In this document: in pieces, positions 27,649-39,568 of the stretch
How the letters are laid out: each line of letters starts with the position of its first letter
Numbering within the stretch: the first letter of the stretch is position 1
Assembly (NCBI GenBank): GCA_038239115.1
Contig: JBBSFD010000012.1
Coordinates: forward strand, 3,347 to 67,346
Length of the DNA stretch: 64,000 nucleotides
Origin: Candidatus Limnocylindrales bacterium
GTDB taxonomy: Bacteria; Chloroflexota; Limnocylindria; Limnocylindrales; CSP1-4
Direction of reading: 5' to 3'
Position numbers and translations under genes: made by a program
The notes under the pieces: model-generated
Seen by the model: only the letters and a program-made list of their open reading frames with translations
What the model was told of the DNA's origin: nothing
The model's database searches: none

Positions 27649-28995
27649 TCAGCGCTGGAAGACGGTTCGGCCGCGCTTGATGACGGTCCGGACGAGGTTG
27701 GCGCCCGGCCAGTACGGGATCTGGCTGTGGCTGGGCACCCGCCAGATGACGAGGTCGGCCTGCTTGCCCAACTCGATCGAGCCGATGTCGTCACCGAGGC
27801 CGAGGGCGTGAGCCGGGTTGATCGTGACCGCCGCCAGGACCTCGGCCGGCGTGAGCTTCAGCTCCAGGCAGGCCACGGTCATCGCCAGGGGCAGGCTGGC
27901 CGTGGGCGAGGTGCCGGGATTGAAGTCGGTGGCGATCGCCACTGGCACACCGCGCTCGATGAGCGTGCGTGCCGGAGCGTAGTGGTCGGCCATCAGGAAC
28001 CAGGTCGTGGCCGGCAGCAGAGTCGCGACCACCGGATGCTCGGTTCCCGCCGCGGCCGCCAGGGCCGCGATGCCCGCCTCCGATGGAGCCGCCAGGTGAT
28101 CGGCCGACAGTGCCCCGATCTCCGCCGCCAGCTCGGCCCCACCCGATGGCGCCAGCTCGTCGGCGTGGAGCCGCGGCCGCATCCCGAAGGCCTCTGCCGC
28201 CATCAGGATCCGGCGGGACTGATCCGGGTTGAACACGCCCGACTCGCAGAAGACGTCGGCGAAGCGCGCCCGGCCCTGGGCGGCGATCCCCGGCAGCTGC
28301 TCCTCGAGCAGGTAGCGGGTGAAGGCCTCGGCCGGATCGCGCCGGCTGCGGTACTCGGCAGGCACGGCGTGGGCCCCCAGCCAGGTCGGCCAGATCTCGA
28401 TCGGTCCCACGCGGCCGAGCAGGTAGGCCGCCTCGAGGAGGCGCAGCTCGGTGGCCAGGTCCAGGCCGTAGCCGGACTTCGCCTCGATCGTGGTCACGCC
28501 GTGGCTCAGCATCTCCTCGAGCCAGCGCCGGCCGTGGACCATCAGCTCCTCGGTCGAGGCTGCCCTGGTGGCTTCGACGGTCGACAGGATGCCCCCACCA
28601 GCGGCCAGGATCTCGAGGTAGCCGGCGCCCTGCTGGCGGAGACGGAGCTCGGCCTCGCGACTGCCGCCGAACAGGAGATGGGTGTGTGCGTCGACCAGGC
28701 CGGGCGTGATCGTGCCGCCGGCCGCGTCGATCCGGGCGAAACGAGCGATCGGCAGGCCCTGGCCTTCGAGCGAGCGCTCAACCGCCGCCCGCGGTCCGAC
28801 CGCCACGATCCGGTCCTCCCAGGTCGCCACGATCGGCGCGTCGACCTCGCCCTCGGCACGCAGGACGGCAGGGTCGTCCTGGGCCGATCCGATCCGCAGG
28901 CCGCCGGCCAGGGTGGCGATCTCACTCGCGCCCAGGATCAGCATGCCGGCCGAGCGGCCGTCGGTCAGTCCCCCCTCGATCACCCGAAAGGTCAT
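27649..28995 (-). CDS. hutI: imidazolonepropionase
   Basis: Amidohydrolase fold with GLVDAHTHL, SGYGLD, LHADE, DFNPGTSP motifs. Start taken at the internal MTFRVIEGG; the track ORF extends to 29139 through an Arg-rich artefact. Confidence 0.85.
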   Translation of the reverse strand: MTFRVIEGGLTDGRSAGMLILGASEIATLAGGLRIGSAQDDPAVLRAEGEVDAPIVATWEDRIVAVGPRAAVERSLEGQGLPIARFARIDAAGGTITPGLVDAHTHLLFGGSREAELRLRQQGAGYLEILAAGGGILSTVEATRAASTEELMVHGRRWLEEMLSHGVTTIEAKSGYGLDLATELRLLEAAYLLGRVGPIEIWPTWLGAHAVPAEYRSRRDPAEAFTRYLLEEQLPGIAAQGRARFADVFCESGVFNPDQSRRILMAAEAFGMRPRLHADELAPSGGAELAAEIGALSADHLAAPSEAGIAALAAAAGTEHPVVATLLPATTWFLMADHYAPARTLIERGVPVAIATDFNPGTSPTASLPLAMTVACLELKLTPAEVLAAVTINPAHALGLGDDIGSIELGKQADLVIWRVPSHSQIPYWPGANLVRTVIKRGRTVFQR

Positions 28996-29005
28996 GGCCG
29001 GCGGA

Positions 29006-29986
29006 TCAGCCGTCGCCGCGCTGGGCCGAGGCCAGGCGCAGCTCCAGGATCTGCATCGGGCTGAAGTCGGGCAGCCGGAGATAACCGGCCGCCGAGGTAC
29101 AACGGTCTTCGACCGACGCCGAGGGATCGAACCCGGCATGGTCGGCCACGGCCAGGAAGGCGGCCAGCGGGCACAGGCCGATCAGCTCGGACTCGCGCAG
29201 GTCCAGCCCGTCGGCGGCAGCCTCCGCTCGAACGGTGTCCCAGACCAGCCACAGCGGGGTCACGGCAAAGTCGAGCAGGTTCATCGAGACCTGGGCGCAG
29301 GCCGGCCGATCCCGGGTCTCGGCCAGCTCGACACCCATCGCCTGGACCCGGGGCAGGCCGCCACCCGACTCGCGCACCCGGCGGGCGGTCCGCTTGGCCA
29401 GCTCGAGGTCATCCGAGGCCAGGTTGATGTTGTAGGCGATCAGGAACGGCCGCGCTCCGACGGCGACGGCGCCGGCCGACGGATGCATCCGGGCCGGTCC
29501 GAAGTCGGGCCCCCGGCCCTCCTGGCCGATCTCGACCTTCAGGCCTTCGTACTGGCCGCGCCGGACATCGGCCAGCTTGACCCGATCGGAACGGCTCGCC
29601 GCGGCAGCGTAGAGGTAGACCGGCAGGTCGAAGCGGCGGGCGATCCGGGCCCCGAAGTCGCGGGCAAGCTCGACGCACTCGTCCAGGGTCGTTTCGCCCA
29701 GGGGCACGAACGGAATCACATCGATCGCGCCAATCCGCGGGTGCTCGCCGGCCTGGCGCTCCATGTCGATCTCGCCGATCGCCACCTCGACCACCCGGTC
29801 CATGGCCAGGACCACGGCGTCGGCCTCGCCGGCCAGGGTCAGCACGCTCCGGTTGTGGCTGGGGTCGCTGGTCCGGTCGAGCAGGAGCGCACCGGGTGTC
29901 CGAACGACGGCCTCGGCCAGGCGATCCACGACCTCCGTTCGGCGGCCCTCGGAGAAGTTGGGAACGCACTCAACGAGCCTGACCAC
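29006..29986 (-). CDS. ftcD: glutamate formimidoyltransferase (formiminotransferase domain protein)
   Basis: N-terminus MVRLVECVPNFSEGRR matches the formiminotransferase N-subdomain signature (ECVPNFSEGR). Confidence 0.75.
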   Translation of the reverse strand: MVRLVECVPNFSEGRRTEVVDRLAEAVVRTPGALLLDRTSDPSHNRSVLTLAGEADAVVLAMDRVVEVAIGEIDMERQAGEHPRIGAIDVIPFVPLGETTLDECVELARDFGARIARRFDLPVYLYAAAASRSDRVKLADVRRGQYEGLKVEIGQEGRGPDFGPARMHPSAGAVAVGARPFLIAYNINLASDDLELAKRTARRVRESGGGLPRVQAMGVELAETRDRPACAQVSMNLLDFAVTPLWLVWDTVRAEAAADGLDLRESELIGLCPLAAFLAVADHAGFDPSASVEDRCTSAAGYLRLPDFSPMQILELRLASAQRGDG

Positions 29987-30084
29987 CGGTGCATCCTGCC
30001 ACGTCTGCCCGGCACCCGGCGGTCCTCCACGCAGGCCGCCTGTTCGGCCCGTAACTGCCGTACGTTAGATGCTAGGCTAACGCG

Positions 30085-31452
30085 ATGCCCGACCCGGAAC
30101 CGGTGGCCGAGCCTCGTCCCGAGCCCCGCCCTAACCTCTTCCACCACCCGAACTTTCGCAAGCTCTGGGTGGGCGACACGATCAGCCAGTTCGGCACGCA
30201 GGTCAGCCAGCTGGCGATCCCGCTGGTTGCGATCCTGATCCTCGGGGCGACGCCCTTCGAGGTCGCCCTGCTGGGCACTGTCGAGTTCCTGCCGTTCTTG
30301 CTGTTCACCCTGCCGGCCGGGGCCTGGGTTGACCGCCTTCAGCGCCGGCCGATCCTGATCACGGGCGACCTCGGCCGCGCCCTGTGCCTGATCTCGATCC
30401 CGATTGCCTACGAGCTTGGCGTGCTGACGATCGCCCAGCTCTACGTCGTCGGCTTCGCGATGGGCGTGCTGACCGTCTTCTTCGATGTTTCGTACCAGTC
30501 CTACCTGCCCTCGCTGGTCGAGCGCGACCAACTGGTCGAGGGCAATGCCAAGCTGCAGGCCAGCCAGTCGGCGGCCCAGATCCTCGGGCCCGGCTTCGGC
30601 GGCTACCTGATCGGGGTCCTGACCGCCCCGGTCGCGGTGATCGTTGACGCGATCAGCTACCTGGCCTCGGCGCTGTTCGTGTTCAGCATCCACGGCAGCG
30701 AGGCGCCGATCCCGCCCCGGGACGGCCCGCAAGGCAGCCGGGCCGAGCGCCTGCGCGGCTTCGGCGGCGAGATCCGGGAGGGCCTCAAGTTCGTTGTCGG
30801 GCACCCCTACCTGCGGATGATCGCGGGCGCGACGAGCAGCAGCAACCTCTTCTCGAACGTCGCGATGGGGATCTATCTCGTCTACGTCGTGCGCGTCCTT
30901 GGCCTCGACCCGCTGCGGATCGGCCTGGTCTTCTCGCTGGGCAGCATCGGGACGTTCGTGGGCGCCCTGGTGGCCAACAAGATCGCGGCCCGGATTGGGG
31001 TCGGCCGCACGATCGTGCTGTCGATGGCGCTCAACGGCCCGTCGGTACTGCTGATCGCGCTTGCCCCGGTGGGAGCCGCCGAGCCGTTCCTGATCGCCTC
31101 TGCCGCCCTGGGTGGCTTCAGCGCACTGATCTACAACATCAACCAAGTGAGCTTCCGGCAGGCGATCACGCCCGAGCGGATGCAGGGCCGGATGAATGCC
31201 ACGATGCGCTTCCTGGTCTGGGGCACGATCCCGATCGGCTCGGTGATCAGCGGGGTGCTGGCCACGATCTTCGGCCTGTCGGCCACGATCTGGGTCGGCG
31301 CGATCCTGTCGTTCACGCCGGTCCTGTTCCTGATCTTCTCGCCCATCCTGAGCATCAAGAAGATGCCCAGCAGCCCCGAGGACTGGGCGGCCCGCAACGA
31401 AGCGCTCGACGCCGCCGCGGCCGCCGAACCAGGACCGCCGCCGAAGATCTAG
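30085..31452 (+). CDS. MFS transporter (12-TM, EntS/macrolide-efflux-like)
   Basis: Twelve hydrophobic segments and the MFS loop motif near TM2-3 (DRLQRRPILITGDLGRA). Confidence 0.8.
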   Translation: MPDPEPVAEPRPEPRPNLFHHPNFRKLWVGDTISQFGTQVSQLAIPLVAILILGATPFEVALLGTVEFLPFLLFTLPAGAWVDRLQRRPILITGDLGRALCLISIPIAYELGVLTIAQLYVVGFAMGVLTVFFDVSYQSYLPSLVERDQLVEGNAKLQASQSAAQILGPGFGGYLIGVLTAPVAVIVDAISYLASALFVFSIHGSEAPIPPRDGPQGSRAERLRGFGGEIREGLKFVVGHPYLRMIAGATSSSNLFSNVAMGIYLVYVVRVLGLDPLRIGLVFSLGSIGTFVGALVANKIAARIGVGRTIVLSMALNGPSVLLIALAPVGAAEPFLIASAALGGFSALIYNINQVSFRQAITPERMQGRMNATMRFLVWGTIPIGSVISGVLATIFGLSATIWVGAILSFTPVLFLIFSPILSIKKMPSSPEDWAARNEALDAAAAAEPGPPPKI

Positions 31453-31458
31453 GGCGCC

Positions 31459-33141
<1,683 letters not shown>

Positions 33142-33206
33142 GGCCCGATTCTAGCCGCCGGGCGGCTGGTCGGGCCGGCGCGCGAGCCGTCGGGTACGCT
33201 CCCGTC

Positions 33207-34538
33207 ATGGCCATCCTTGCCGTCCGCCGCTGGTCCAGCCTGGATCGGGCCGAGCGCGAGCGCCTGCTGGCGCGCTCGACCGCGGCGATCTTCGATCCGG
33301 CCCTGATGGCCTCGATCGAGGCGATCTTCCGCGACGTAGCCGAGCGCGGAGACGCTGCAGTCCTCGAGGCAACGGCCAGGTTTGACGGGATCCAGTTCGC
33401 TTCCGCCGGCGAGCAACGGCTGCCGCGCGCGGACCTCGTGGCGGCTCATGCCGCGATCGACCCGGGGCTCCTGGCCGGGATTCGCGAGGCGATCGCCAAC
33501 AGCCGCCGGTTCAACGAGGCGCAGGTCGCCCAGACCGGCCGTTCCTGGGCGGACGAGGTCCGTCCAGGCTTCGTGGTCGGGGAGCAGTTCGCGCCGATCC
33601 CCTCAGTCGGCCTGTTCGTGCCCACCGGCAAGGCGTCGTATCCGTCGGTGCTGTGCCAGATCGGGACACCCGCCGTTGTCGCCGGCGTAGACCGGATCGT
33701 CGTGCTCGTGCCGCCCGTCCCGGGCGGCGATGGGAGCGTGGATCCGGCGACCCTGGCCGTCGCCCACGAGCTGGGCATCGACGAGGTCTACCGGGCCAAC
33801 GGTCCGGCCGGGATCGCCGCCCTGACCTTCGGCACGGCCACGATCCCGCGCGTGCGCAAGATCGTCGGGCCGGGCAGCCCGGCCGTGACGGCGGCCCAGG
33901 TCCTGGCCCAGCGCTATGGCGTCGCGACCCAGATGCTGTGCGGGCCATCGGAGAGCCTGATCATCGCCGACGAGACGGCCGACCCGTGGCGGCTGGCGAT
34001 CGATCTGCTCAACGAGGCCGAGCACGGCGTCGACTCGGCAGCAACGCTGGTCACGACCTCGCCGGTCGTGGTCGACGCGGTCGAGCTTGCCCTGGCCGAG
34101 CAGTTGCCCCAACTAAGTGCGGTTCGAGCCGACTCCGCCCGGGCAGTCCTGTCCGATCTCGGTGGCGCGATCCTCGTCGACACCCTCGCCGAAGCGGTCG
34201 CGCTGGCCAACGAGTACGCCGCTGAGCACGTCCAGCTGGCCACCGCCGATCCCGAAGCCACCCTGGCCGGTCTGCGCTACGCCGGGGAGGCGCTGCTCGG
34301 CCAGGACACCCCGATCGGTGCCTCGAGCTACACCCTTGGCATCCCGGCCACCCTGCCGACGGGCGGCTACGCCCAGCTCAACGGCGGGGTCACGGCCCGC
34401 ACGTTCATGACGTCGACGTCCACGGCCCGGCTCTCACCGGAGGCCCTGGCCGAGCTGGCCGAGCCGACCCTGGCCCTGGCCGATCACGAGTGCTTCCCGG
34501 CCCACGCCGCGGCGTTCCGGTTGCGCGGCCTAGGCTAG
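33207..34538 (+). CDS. histidinol dehydrogenase family protein (HisD paralog located in the hut cluster)
   Basis: HisD-like motifs GLFVPTGKASYPS, GPGSPAVTAAQ, NEAEHG. Divergent from hutU. Confidence 0.75.
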   Translation: MAILAVRRWSSLDRAERERLLARSTAAIFDPALMASIEAIFRDVAERGDAAVLEATARFDGIQFASAGEQRLPRADLVAAHAAIDPGLLAGIREAIANSRRFNEAQVAQTGRSWADEVRPGFVVGEQFAPIPSVGLFVPTGKASYPSVLCQIGTPAVVAGVDRIVVLVPPVPGGDGSVDPATLAVAHELGIDEVYRANGPAGIAALTFGTATIPRVRKIVGPGSPAVTAAQVLAQRYGVATQMLCGPSESLIIADETADPWRLAIDLLNEAEHGVDSAATLVTTSPVVVDAVELALAEQLPQLSAVRADSARAVLSDLGGAILVDTLAEAVALANEYAAEHVQLATADPEATLAGLRYAGEALLGQDTPIGASSYTLGIPATLPTGGYAQLNGGVTARTFMTSTSTARLSPEALAELAEPTLALADHECFPAHAAAFRLRGLG

Positions 34539-34611
34539 CCGGCGGTTCTTGCCCCGTACCGCTTGATATTCCGGAAGAACCGACCGGCACGGCGCTCACG
34601 CGGGGCGGTCA

Positions 34612-35079
34612 TCACTGGTCGGGCAGTCCGTCACCGATCGTGTATGTCGCCTGGATCGCGTTGTCGGGCCGATCGACCCACTTCGAGTAGCCATGGCCCT
34701 CGAAGAGCATCGCTTCGTCCTCGTAGTCCTGCTCGCCGTCGGTATCGGAGTTGAACGAGCGATAGACACTGGGCTCAGTCCAGTCGTGAGTCAGGACCCT
34801 GAGGTCGAGCTCGAGCTGCTTGAGATGAGCATCGGCCTCGAGGTCAGCCGCCGATTCGGCTTGGGCAGCCGGGCCACCAGGATGGTCGCGAGTGTCATGT
34901 GGACCCTTGACCAGATCACACCAGCACGGGTGGGACTCGAGGTCAGCGCCGGCGTAAGCGGCCGGAGCATCCCCAACGGGGGAATCAGGCCGCGGGGCTC
35001 CGCAGTTGTAGCAATGCGTCTCCGAGACATTAAGCGTGTGGCACGCCGGGCACTCCCATGCGTCAACGCTCACGCTCAC
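34612..35079 (-). CDS. hypothetical zinc-ribbon protein with acidic C-terminal region
   Basis: N-terminal CPACHTLNVSETHCYNCG (CxxC...CxxC) ribbon, then a D/E-rich tail. No family recognised. Confidence 0.4.
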   Translation of the reverse strand: MSVSVDAWECPACHTLNVSETHCYNCGAPRPDSPVGDAPAAYAGADLESHPCWCDLVKGPHDTRDHPGGPAAQAESAADLEADAHLKQLELDLRVLTHDWTEPSVYRSFNSDTDGEQDYEDEAMLFEGHGYSKWVDRPDNAIQATYTIGDGLPDQ

Positions 35080-35101
35080 TCCCCGGCCACGACAGCCAGG
35101 C

Positions 35102-35770
35102 CTAGCCGGCGGTCGGCTTGCGGCCGGGTCGGCCGGGCATTCCGAGGCGCCACCAGACGAAGGCCACGACGGCGCTGACCACGATCACCAGGATCAGCGT
35201 GTCGAAGGGCTGGAGGGTGTGCCGGATGTCGACCCAGTTCGCGCCCAGGACCGTCCCGGCATAAACCAGACCGACCGACCACAGGAACGCGCCCGCGGCC
35301 GAGTAGGCGATGAACTTGCCCAGGTTCATTCGGGCGACCCCGGCCGGGAAGCTGATGAACGTCCGGACGACCGGCAGGAAGCGGCTGAAGAAAGCGGTCT
35401 GCGAGCCCCACTTGGCAAAGAACCGCTCGGCCGTGTCGATCTCGTGCGGCCGGATGAGCACGTACTTGCCGTAGCGCTCGAGGAGGGGCCGGCCGCCCCA
35501 GGCTCCGATCGCATAGGCGATCAGCGAGCCGATCACGTTGCCGATCGTGGCCGCGATGACGACCAGCCAGAAATTCCAGGGTCCGCCGGTCAACGGCTCG
35601 ACCGCGTGCGGGTCGGACACGAGGAACCCGGCAAAGGGCAGGATCAGCTCGGACGGCAGCGGGATCATGGCCGATTCGATCGCGCTGGCGACCAGGACCC
35701 CGAGATAGCCGATCCACCCGTACAGGTTGGTCAGGAACGGGATGACGAACTGGTCGAGGAAGGCGAGCAT
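35102..35770 (-). CDS. DedA/SNARE-associated (TVP38/TMEM64) family membrane protein
   Basis: MLAFLDQFVIPFLTNLYGWIGYLGVLVASAIESAMIPLPSELILPFAGFLV is a DedA-type start. The upstream part of the track ORF overlaps divergent hutH and is judged non-coding. Confidence 0.65.
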   Translation of the reverse strand: MLAFLDQFVIPFLTNLYGWIGYLGVLVASAIESAMIPLPSELILPFAGFLVSDPHAVEPLTGGPWNFWLVVIAATIGNVIGSLIAYAIGAWGGRPLLERYGKYVLIRPHEIDTAERFFAKWGSQTAFFSRFLPVVRTFISFPAGVARMNLGKFIAYSAAGAFLWSVGLVYAGTVLGANWVDIRHTLQPFDTLILVIVVSAVVAFVWWRLGMPGRPGRKPTAG

Positions 35771-35828
35771 CAGGCCGCGCCAGGGGGCTGGGTCACGCCG
35801 GGCAGGATAGCCGACTACCATCGACGCC

Positions 35829-37400
35829 GTGACCGACCCAATCGTCCTCACCGGCGCCACGCTGACGATCGCCGACGTCGAGGCGGTGGCTCGCCAGGGC
35901 GTCACGGCCAGCCTTGATCCCGACGCCCGGGCCCGGGTCCAGGAGTCGCGCGAGGTGATCGAGCGCCTGGTCAACACCGGGCAGGTCGTCTACGGGGTGA
36001 CCACAGGGTTCGGCGACCTGGCCACCACGTTCATCGCCCCGGCGGATGCCGCCCGCCTCCAGCAGAACCTGCTGATGAGCCATGCCGCGGGCGTCGGATC
36101 GGCGTTCCCGGGCGAGGTCGTCCGGGCGATGCTCCTGCTCCGGGCCAACACCCTGGCCCTCGGCCACAGCGGCTGCCGGCCGCTGATCATCGATCGGCTG
36201 CTGGAGATGCTCGAGCTGGGCATCCACCCGGTCGTGCCCGAGCAGGGCTCGCTGGGCGCGTCGGGCGATCTCGCCCCACTGGCCCACCTGGCCCTGCCCC
36301 TGATCGGGCGGGGCGAGGTCGAGTTCCACGGCCAGCACGTGCCCGCCCTGATCGCGCTGCGTGAGGCCGGTCTCGAACCGATCGTCCTCGAGGCGAAGGA
36401 AGGCCTGGCCCTCCTCAACGGAACCCAGATGATGTCGGCCGTGGGTGCCCTCGCCCTGGCCGATGCCGATCGCCTGGCCCGGACGGCCAGTGTCGCGGCG
36501 GCCCTATCGGTCGAAGCCCTGCTGGGCACGGACGTTGCCTTCGCTGCCGAGTACCAGCTCGCCCGACCCCACCCTGGACAGATCACCGTGGCCGCCGAGC
36601 TGCGCCACCTCCTGCGCGACTCGACCCTCCAGACGAGCCACCACGGCCACGCCCACAAGGTCCAGGACCCCTACTCGCTGCGCTGTGTGCCGCAGGTCCA
36701 TGGCGCGGTGCGCGATGCGCTCGACTACCTCCGCCGGGTGCTCGTGATTGAGCTCAACAGCGCCACTGATAACCCGCTCGTCTTTCCCGGTGGAGGTAGC
36801 GCCGACCCCAGCGCGATCGCGACCGGCGGCGGCCTCGTGATCAGCGGCGGCAACTTCCACGGCGAGCCGATCGGCCTGGCCCTCGACTTCGCCAAGTTGG
36901 CCGTGGCCGAGCTCGGCTCGATCAGCGAGCGACGCACGGCGCTCCTCGTGGACGCCCGGCTCAACGGCGGGCTGCCACCGTTCCTGGCCGCCTCGTCGGG
37001 GGTGGATTCGGGCCTGATGATCCTGCAGTACACGGCGGCGGCCCTGGTGTCCGAGAACAAGGTCCTGGTTCATCCGGCGACGGCCGATTCGATCCCGACC
37101 AGCGCCAACCAGGAAGACCACGTGTCGATGGGCTCAATCGCCGCTCGCCACGCCCGGACGGTGGTCGAGCACGTCGAGCTGGTGATCTCGATCGAGCTGA
37201 TCGTGGCCGCCCAGGCGCTCGACCTGCGCCTCGAGCTGCTGCCCGGCACCGAGGCCGGAGTCGGCGTGCGCGAGGCCCACGCCGCGATCCGGGCCGTCGT
37301 CCCGCACCTGGACGCCGATCGGGAGCCGGGGCCCGACCTGGCCGCCGCCCTGCGCCTGGTTCGGAGCGGTCAGCTGGCGGGCCTGGCCGGGCAGCCATGA
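35829..37400 (+). CDS. hutH: histidine ammonia-lyase
   Basis: GSLGASGDLAPL contains the Ala-Ser-Gly triad that forms the MIO cofactor. Full-length HAL/PAL collinearity. Confidence 0.9.
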   Translation: MTDPIVLTGATLTIADVEAVARQGVTASLDPDARARVQESREVIERLVNTGQVVYGVTTGFGDLATTFIAPADAARLQQNLLMSHAAGVGSAFPGEVVRAMLLLRANTLALGHSGCRPLIIDRLLEMLELGIHPVVPEQGSLGASGDLAPLAHLALPLIGRGEVEFHGQHVPALIALREAGLEPIVLEAKEGLALLNGTQMMSAVGALALADADRLARTASVAAALSVEALLGTDVAFAAEYQLARPHPGQITVAAELRHLLRDSTLQTSHHGHAHKVQDPYSLRCVPQVHGAVRDALDYLRRVLVIELNSATDNPLVFPGGGSADPSAIATGGGLVISGGNFHGEPIGLALDFAKLAVAELGSISERRTALLVDARLNGGLPPFLAASSGVDSGLMILQYTAAALVSENKVLVHPATADSIPTSANQEDHVSMGSIAARHARTVVEHVELVISIELIVAAQALDLRLELLPGTEAGVGVREAHAAIRAVVPHLDADREPGPDLAAALRLVRSGQLAGLAGQP

Positions 37401-38167
37401 TCCGGATCGTCGACGTGGTCGACGCCGAGGGATTCGGCCTGGTCCCGCCCTGCGCCGACCCGGGCTTCGATCACCGCTCGTGCGACTACTGGGAAGACGC
37501 CGACCGAGGCTCGAAGGCCGCTCGGCTGGGCTGGCTCGAACCGGCCGCCGCAGCCTCGGCCTCGAAGCGCCCGAACCCGTTCGGCGACGACGATGACGTT
37601 CCACTCGGCGCCCCGGCCAGCAACCCGTTCGCTTTCACCGGGAGCGGCCTGTCGCCGGCGGCCAACCCGCTCCTGGAGGAGCGCACCGTCATCGCCGACA
37701 ATCCGTTCGCTCCGAGGCCCAAGGCGCAGTCGGGGGTCGGCCGCGATGGACCACGCAAGCTCGGCCTGCTGACCCGCGGCCTGGCCGTCTTCGGGAGCTA
37801 CGCCAAGGTCCTCCTGGTCGGCGATCGGCCGGCGTGCTATGCCCAGTTCGGACCCTTGTCGGCCTACCCCCGGGCGCTCCGACTGCGCGAGCTCTACCCG
37901 CAGCTGCCCGATGCTCCCCTGCCGGCCGTCATCACCTGCATCGCGACGAGCTCCTCGGAGCGCAGACGCGGCTATGCCCAGGTGCTCGTGGCCGCCGTCT
38001 GCGATGACCTGGCCGAGCGCGGCTTCGCGGCGGTGGAGGCGTATCCGCAGGCCGGTGTCCAGCCCGATTCGACCAGCGCGGCCACGCCCGGCTTCTGGCT
38101 CGGGTGCGGGTTCGGGCTGGCCGTCGATGACGAGCGGTTCCCCGTCCTGCGCCGGGAGCTCGATTGA
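37397..38167 (+). CDS. hypothetical protein with C-terminal GNAT-like acetyltransferase fold
   Basis: ATGA overlap with the hutH stop (co-transcribed). C-terminal RRGYAQVLVAAVCDDLAERGFAAVEAYPQ resembles the GNAT acetyl-CoA binding core. The N-terminal half is low complexity. Confidence 0.45.
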   Translation: MIRIVDVVDAEGFGLVPPCADPGFDHRSCDYWEDADRGSKAARLGWLEPAAAASASKRPNPFGDDDDVPLGAPASNPFAFTGSGLSPAANPLLEERTVIADNPFAPRPKAQSGVGRDGPRKLGLLTRGLAVFGSYAKVLLVGDRPACYAQFGPLSAYPRALRLRELYPQLPDAPLPAVITCIATSSSERRRGYAQVLVAAVCDDLAERGFAAVEAYPQAGVQPDSTSAATPGFWLGCGFGLAVDDERFPVLRRELD

Positions 38168-38829
38168 TCACGGCTCGGCGGTGGTCGGCCGGCCTGCTCG
38201 TCGTGGGCCTGCTCGTCGGCGGGTGCAGCGCCAATCTCAGTCCGGCGCCGGCCGTCTCGGCCGCGGCGGCAACGGCCTTTGCGCCTTCGCCGGCTGCAAC
38301 CCCCAGCGTGGCAGCGCCGTCGGCTTCCCCAGTTGCCTCGGCGGGTTCCTCACCGTCGGCCTCGGGCAGCGCCGGCCCCGCGATCCCGATCGATCCGCTC
38401 CTGCTGGCGATCCTGCCGGTCACGGTCGGCGGCCAGCCGATCAGCGAGATGCCCGACATCGAAACCAACCTGATGACCGACCCGGACCTCCAGACCAACG
38501 CCGCGTCGCTGGCAGTGGCCCTCGGGATCAACTCGGCCACCGGCGACTTCGCGTACGTGGCGATCATCCAGCTCAAGCCGCTGGTCTTCAGCGACGCCTG
38601 GTACACATCCTGGCGGCAGAGCTACGACGAGGGCGCCTGCTCCCAGTCGAGCGGGCTGAAGAGCACGAGCAGCACGACGATCGCCGGCCGCCGGGTCTTC
38701 GTCGGCCATTGCGCCGGCGGGGCGCTGACCTATCACGTCCACCTGACCGGGCCCGACCGGGTGGTCTCGATCACCTCGGTCGGCAGCGCGGGCTTCGGGG
38801 CGCTGGTCGTCGGCGCGCTCAAGCCGTAG
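38164..38829 (+). CDS. hypothetical lipoprotein
   Basis: Signal peptide/lipobox LLVVGLLVGGCS. Ala/Ser/Pro-rich linker, then a globular domain with two Cys. ATGA overlap with the upstream gene. Confidence 0.45.
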   Translation: MITARRWSAGLLVVGLLVGGCSANLSPAPAVSAAAATAFAPSPAATPSVAAPSASPVASAGSSPSASGSAGPAIPIDPLLLAILPVTVGGQPISEMPDIETNLMTDPDLQTNAASLAVALGINSATGDFAYVAIIQLKPLVFSDAWYTSWRQSYDEGACSQSSGLKSTSSTTIAGRRVFVGHCAGGALTYHVHLTGPDRVVSITSVGSAGFGALVVGALKP

Positions 38830-38838
38830 GCAGGCCGG

Positions 38839-39519
38839 CTACTCCCAGGGTGTCTTGGGCGGCCGCCGAAGATGGGCCAGGTCGTTGAGCAGGATCAGGC
38901 GGGCATCGCCCGGCCCGGACCCGTGCTCGAACCGGAGCGCCGTCAGGTTGGCCTGTGACTGCTGGAGGCGGAGCCTGAACTCGCGGACCGCGATGCCCAG
39001 GGCGACGCATACGAGGATCCGATTGAGCGAGCTGTGGGCGACGACGAGGATCGGCCGTTCGGCCAGCCGGGCATCGCCGCTGAGGCGCTCGTGGGCGGTC
39101 AGCTGGTCGGCCAGGAACGAGGTCACCCGACGGGCCACGTCGTCGCCCGATTCGCCGCCCGGGCAGGCAATCGTGGCTGGATCGAGCTCCCAGGCGAGGC
39201 GCTCGACGGGGTCACGCTCCTCGATCTGGGCGTAGGTCAGGCCTTCCCAGTGGCCGTAATCCATCTCGCGCAGGCGCGGGTCGGCCTCGACCGGTGGGGC
39301 CTGGGGACTCCGGCCGGCGATGATCGCGGCCGTCTCACGGGCTCGAACGAGGGGGCTGCACAGGATCCGTTCGAAGCGGACCTTGTCCAGGCGGACCGCC
39401 AGGGCCATCGCCTGGGCCTGGCCGGCAGGCGACAGCTCCACGTCGATTCGCTGTCCGAGGTGCTGCTCTGGATCCGAGCGGGGGGTCAGGCCGTGGCGCG
39501 TCAGGACCAGGGTGAGCAC
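38839..39519 (-). CDS. histidine phosphatase superfamily (phosphoglycerate mutase-like) protein
   Basis: LVLTRHG catalytic RHG motif at the N-terminus and a downstream HSSLNR-type His. Confidence 0.7.
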   Translation of the reverse strand: MLTLVLTRHGLTPRSDPEQHLGQRIDVELSPAGQAQAMALAVRLDKVRFERILCSPLVRARETAAIIAGRSPQAPPVEADPRLREMDYGHWEGLTYAQIEERDPVERLAWELDPATIACPGGESGDDVARRVTSFLADQLTAHERLSGDARLAERPILVVAHSSLNRILVCVALGIAVREFRLRLQQSQANLTALRFEHGSGPGDARLILLNDLAHLRRPPKTPWE

Positions 39520-39568
39520 GGCAGGAGTCTACGGGATGCGAGAATAGGTCCGGAGGTAGCGCATCTCG

